Positions 36,820 to 41,224 of a stretch of 41,224 nt of DNA are shown here, piece by piece. Numbering within the stretch: the stretch's first letter is position 1; every line of letters starts with the position of its first letter. The notes below the pieces were generated by a model. It was not told the origin of the DNA and ran no database searches. It saw only the letters and a list, made by a program, of their open reading frames with translations. Source of the DNA: Eremomyces bilateralis CBS 781.70 (taxonomy: Eukaryota); the NCBI GenBank assembly GCA_010015585.1, contig ML975183.1; one strand, given 5' to 3'. Position numbers and translations under genes: made by a program.

Positions 36820-38380
36820 ATGGCAGTTCTCAATTTGCTTTCCGTTTTTGCGGTTGCTTTTCTCGTTGTCTTTGGCAATGCAGTTGAACTTGAAGAGATC
36901 AAACCATGGGACCTTTATCCGCTCGAGACGAGGGACCTCCGCAGGCGTGATATGAATGCCTTTGACTTACGATCAACCGAAACCTTTCTGTGGGGAGCCC
37001 AAGGTAAATCTCATACTTTACATCACAACAAGCACATGTCTAATCCGTTCAGATGGCGTTGACGTAATTCTCGGCAACTTCACCGTCATGATGCCCGGGG
37101 ATTCGGAGAATATTCTGTCGATGGAACGCTTTCATGGCATGCTGAAGTCTGTGAAATGCGAACCCGAGAAGTTGACCATCGCCTTTGAGGATGATCAGAC
37201 ATTTGAGTACGCGAAACGGGTCTGGGACTGGGTCAATGGCGCCGACAACCACACCTTCGTCATGGTCGCCAGCAAGGGCGACTGCGGTGACAACAAGTAT
37301 CGGGTTCCTTACAAGGTATACTCCCTCCATTACGATGAGCCAGGAAATATCGCCACTCTCAATGTCTCGACTGGGTCGTGGAAGGACCTTGCCCATTCAT
37401 ACGAGATACAGGTAGGTAATATTGGGATCCCGGAGTCCACCTCCCAGGCCGTCTCCAAGCGAGATATCTCCAAGTCCACATCCATTGACCTTGGTGTCGA
37501 TTTCCGCTTCAAGGGGAAAGCCAAAATAGGGCCTGTTTTCGGAGAGATACAGTGCAACCCTTGTAATACCCGAGGGAAGCTGAATTTCGAGTTCAAGATC
37601 AAGCAAAAGTACTTCGTTCCTGTGGGTGCAAAGTTCAAGGCTTCCCCGAAGGGCCTCAAAATCCGAGCGGCCGTGACGCTTATTAGCGGGAATGACCTGA
37701 AAACGAAGAAGGAAACGAAGGCCGAGGACAGGATTCGACTGATCAAATCCTCTTTGCCCGGCGGTGTTTCGATTCCAGGGGGTATCTTGTCGCTCGGCCC
37801 TCACTTCGTTGCTGAGTTGGGCTGGGAGTTCACGGCAGCAGAACTGAGCATCATGGCCAAGACCGGAGCAACGGCGACGATCTCTGATAAAGCCGTCATC
37901 GAAGCCGACTTACTCAACCCCTCTAAGAACAAGTTCTCGGGCTGGGTTCCAAAGGTCGAATTCGACCCACTCGAGTTTCAGGCACGTGCCTCCGTAAAAT
38001 TCCAAGCTTACGTTGTACCGTCGGTCAACCTCGAAGCATCTGTTCTTGGAAAAGGCGTGGAGACTGGTTTCTTGCTGAAAGCGCCGTACATCGAGGTTCG
38101 AGCCGACGCGATCACTGCCCCGGATGGCAACGCCTGCAGAAAGGGAGATAAGAAGGGGTTTGCACTAAAGATCGTTCCATCATGGGGGGTGGAGCTGAAA
38201 TTCACTGCTGCTGTCATTAAGGGCAAGAAGCTTGACATTTCTCTCGCTCATGGCAACTTTGCCTGGCCAGGTGTTGACCCGAAGTCGTTGTGCTATGCGT
38301 TCGACGAGCCGCCAAAGAAGACGCGCCGCTTCGTTCCCGCTCTCCCTGCCACCACATCCGCTCTGAAGGGAAACGCTTGA
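36820..38380 (+). CDS. Secreted fungal protein, DUF7029/DUF7223-like; join(36820..37003,37053..38380)
   Basis: Signal peptide MAVLNLLSVFAVAFLVVFGNA and a 49-nt intron. ENILSMERF...CEPEKLTIAFEDDQTFEYAKRVWDWVNGADNHTFVMVA..C is followed by a beta-strand-rich region with CNPC and GGVSIPGGILSLGP. The domain names are from memory. Confidence 0.82.
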
Positions 38381-38928
38381 TAAAGATTCAGCTGCATCAC
38401 CCCCTCCGGCGCCCGGTTGCAATGCTTGTACAATCAAATCGGGCCAGTTGGGCACCTGCATCGATAAAGATGTTTGTATGCGCGGCGGTCAAATTGTGAC
38501 GGCAGGTTTTGCCCTCGCACTGCGGCCCACATCTAGTGCTGCGCTAAATCGTGGCTCAGGAGAGAGGAATATTTCAGTTCGAAGATATGAGAGGTACGAA
38601 TATTTGGAGAATTTGTACAATACGTGAGCGGATTCCAGAACACCGACGCGCCGGGAGGTGGCATGCATGCATCCCTAGGGATTTTTATTGAGACATAATA
38701 CAATTGGAATTTACTGGGAGGCGTTCATACTCGGCTGTTCAAATTTTATCCTGCTGCTCCAATGAATGACAGAAGGAACCTTGCTTGAAATAGGGCATCA
38801 TAGTAGTATCGCGGTCGTGCTTGTTGCGTTTCCCCGGAGCAACGATCGGGTATGAACAGTTCTTGCAAGAAGGGCTGATGGTATTCTTTGGCCCGGGAGC
38901 ACAGGCGTCTAGTTATACATGGTTACTA

Positions 38929-40252
38929 CTACTGTACAAGATGTTCCCCATCTGATGATGCGTGGGACGCCGGTGTGGGTGCCGGTGGAAGTGCCGGTGG
39001 AAGATCGGCTTCAACATGGAGCTTTTCCTGGGCAAGGTCTGCGAACGTCGGTTTCTTAAGTTGCTGCTTGGGCTGATAGGTTAAATATCCTTCCTTTGCG
39101 GCGGCTAGACGACGTTGTTTGCCTGCCTCGCCCGCTCTCCCAAGGACACCCCCGATTACCTGTACACACCGAAGACTGTGACGGAGTTAGCCAGCTTTGC
39201 ACATGTAGACTGGGATCGCTTACCTGTCATCGTTCGCAGGGATTGGATATGTTACCCAGGCAGGGTTGGCATCGGTATCTATGATACCAATGGTTGGAAT
39301 ATTATCCAGAGCGCATTCGTGAAGCAACACATAGTTTTCCAATGGATTGAGGCAAACCACAAGATCCGGCTTGAGCGCCGCACGCTGGGATAATTGGTTC
39401 TGATAGCCAGGCAGCTCCTGTTCGTGTTCATCAACCACCTTCGTTTTGCACTGACCCAATATGTGGGTCCCGTTCGTGATGCCTCCAGGAGTCCATCGCT
39501 CGAAGAGATGGCATCCCCCGGAAAGTTCGGCGGCTTTCACCACACATCGATCCTGTCCCGCTCGTGTGCCGACGAAGAGAACAAGCCCGCCAGCTTCGGT
39601 GACCGCAGACACCAGCTTTGCGGCTCTGCGGAGGAACGCCGCTGTGACTTCGAGGGAGATGATGTGAATGCCGTCACGTATGCCGAAAATGTATCTCGAG
39701 TTTGCTGGGTTCCATAACGAGGTTTTGTGACCAAGATGTGACTGTGAAGCAAGAAGGAGTTCGAGCGTGATATCTTCTGGTTTGGGGGGATTCGTGATCA
39801 ACTCGCGGGGTTTATAGAAAGGGTCCTGAGCGCTTCCAAACTGAGTGTTAGATTTCTCTAGGCCAGATGAGTTAGCAAAAGCCTAAAGAAGTAGATGGGT
39901 TCGCGCATACTTTGGTGTCGAGCAAGGTGATAATAGTTGGCGGTGTCTCCAGTATCCTCGGCGTCCTTGACATCCACCTCGTTTGATTGCGTGGGCGATG
40001 CGGATGGTTGACTGGCGGCTAATGCTGCGGACTGGCGTTCAAAGAATTGCTTCACCGCGTCCACTTCATTCTCTCCCTCCAAACCTGCATTATCCCTTGT
40101 GCTTGTCTGTACTCGGGTATATGCTCGATACTGGGTGTTGAAGGGTTGGGAGAGTGCTCTGCGGCCTGTGAGGATATAAGTTCTCCTGGTCTTAGATGGA
40201 ATAGAGCAGAATAGCACGTACCCTGCCGCAAGATCAATCTTCGCGATATCAT
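38929..40252 (-). CDS. MRP4: Mitochondrial small-subunit ribosomal protein uS2m; exons 40222-40252, 39911-40165, 39224-39857, 38929-39175
   Basis: LLASQSHLGH..WNPANSRYIFGIRDGIHIISL, LFVGTR, RWTPGGITN, PDLVVCLN and IPTIGIIDTDANP..VTYPIPANDDS|LR, with an Arg-rich presequence MISRRLILRQG. Confidence 0.95.
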
Positions 40253-40913
40253 GAATCAGTCACCATTGGTCAAGTCACTGGGGTAATTAATGGCGGTCGT
40301 CGAGGTCAAGCTGGGACACGGTGAACAACATAATTCGGGCAGAAGGTCCTGATGCTGCAAGGTCAATTAGAGATTTGGAGGAGCGCAAAGAAAACATGAA
40401 GCCAAGGATAGCCAGCAGAGACAAGGGATCTCCACTCCGTCTCTCCGCCCCGCCCCGCCCCGTTGGTTCCGCTACAAGGATAGACCACTCGCCGCTCGGA
40501 GCGCAAGTCACGGAGTGGTGGATTTTCTTGGCAATCCTGGCGTTCTACCGGTAGTCTCCTTTCCCTTGCACTGAGCTTAAACTAGTTAAGTTAAGTCCCA
40601 GTTAACTTAGTTAGGTAATACGTAGTTAGTAAAGTTGCACTATGGTGCGGAAGTATGAGAGCCGAGACCTGGGTATGTAACCGCCAGTGGCTGATTCGTG
40701 TGGACAAAGTCCCCCAAGTTAGTGCGAATGTGAAAAGTCCATGTTGAAAGCGGGAGAATTGGATCTTTCGTTTTTGCCTTTCCCATCTTGCGTGCCGCCG
40801 TCCGCTATCTTCGCCATCGATACTGCTAACTCCGTAACCAATGAAAGCGTCCTTCGTCCATTTTCTCCGTCAAATCACCCTTGGAGTATTATCTATCAAC
40901 TTCTATTCCCAGG

Positions 40914-41224
40914 TAGGGCTGGACACGAATATTCGATTACGAATATTCGTACGAATATTCGTAGTCGAATACGAATAAAATTTAGAATTTCCGCTTACTA
41001 ATATTCGTACGAATAATATTCGCATTATTCGTAATTATTCGTAATTATTCGTAAATCTCTGAAGCTATTTCCATGTATCTCGCAGCATCATAAGACGCCT
41101 CATAGTCTCTGCACTCATTGAGCTCCTCCGCACTCCTAAGAGATCTCTTCCCCCACTGAACAGTCTTTCGACTGATACCCCAGATGCTGGTATAGCCAAA
41201 TAATCTCTGGCAGCTGCAGCCATA
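40914..41224 (-). mobile_element. hAT-superfamily DNA transposon, 3' terminus (element continues beyond the window)
   Basis: The terminus TAGGGCTGGAC fits the hAT (C/T)ARNG TIR start. It is followed by subterminal CGAATATTCG palindromes and ATTATTCGTA repeats, then the transposase C-terminus on the minus strand. Confidence 0.9.
41065..41223 (-). CDS. hAT transposase C-terminal dimerisation region (partial, 5'-truncated by the window edge)
   Basis: The minus strand reads MAAAARDYLAIPASGVSVERLFSGGRDLLGVRRSSMSAETMRRLMMLRDTWK*. This matches the hAT dimerisation motif (ARDYL.IPA.S...ER.FS) including the catalytic Glu. It is not in the ORF track. Confidence 0.92.
   Translation of the reverse strand: MAAAARDYLAIPASGVSVERLFSGGRDLLGVRRSSMSAETMRRLMMLRDTWK

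Noticed and set aside
40560..40900. AT-rich TTAAC/GTTAA cluster as a second transposon end hosting the hAT insertion
   Set aside because: I found no partner repeat, TSD or transposase similarity, so it cannot be supported from this window alone.

Overview
Gene-dense, intron-containing genomic DNA from a filamentous ascomycete (Pezizomycotina-type GT..CTRAY..YAG introns, mostly 49-140 nt). I can support 14 host protein-coding genes and rebuilt the exon structures by hand: an isochorismatase-family hydrolase, a DUF924 protein, a conserved fungal protein of unknown function, a ~1264-aa secreted Ser/Thr mucin-like protein, a C2H2/RING-like zinc-finger protein, a degenerate metallo-beta-lactamase-fold protein, an ELYS-like nucleoporin, an anion:cation MFS transporter, a secreted BBE-like FAD oxidoreductase, an APH/kinase-like protein, a THUMP protein (Tan1), a YMC-type mitochondrial carrier, a secreted DUF7029/DUF7223-like protein and mitochondrial ribosomal protein uS2 (Mrp4). 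The ORF track misses the 3' end of a hAT DNA transposon at the right edge (terminus, palindromic subterminal array, transposase C-terminus with no internal stops). Also present are a ~225-bp higher-order tandem repeat carrying three CACGTGGG motifs in a divergent promoter and a probable RIP-degraded Tc1/mariner end. I found no rRNA, tRNA, CRISPR array or biosynthetic cluster, and no convincing multi-gene novel system. The best leads are the hAT end, the promoter repeat with its downstream secreted gene, and the anchorless mucin. All family calls come from motif recognition, not database searches.
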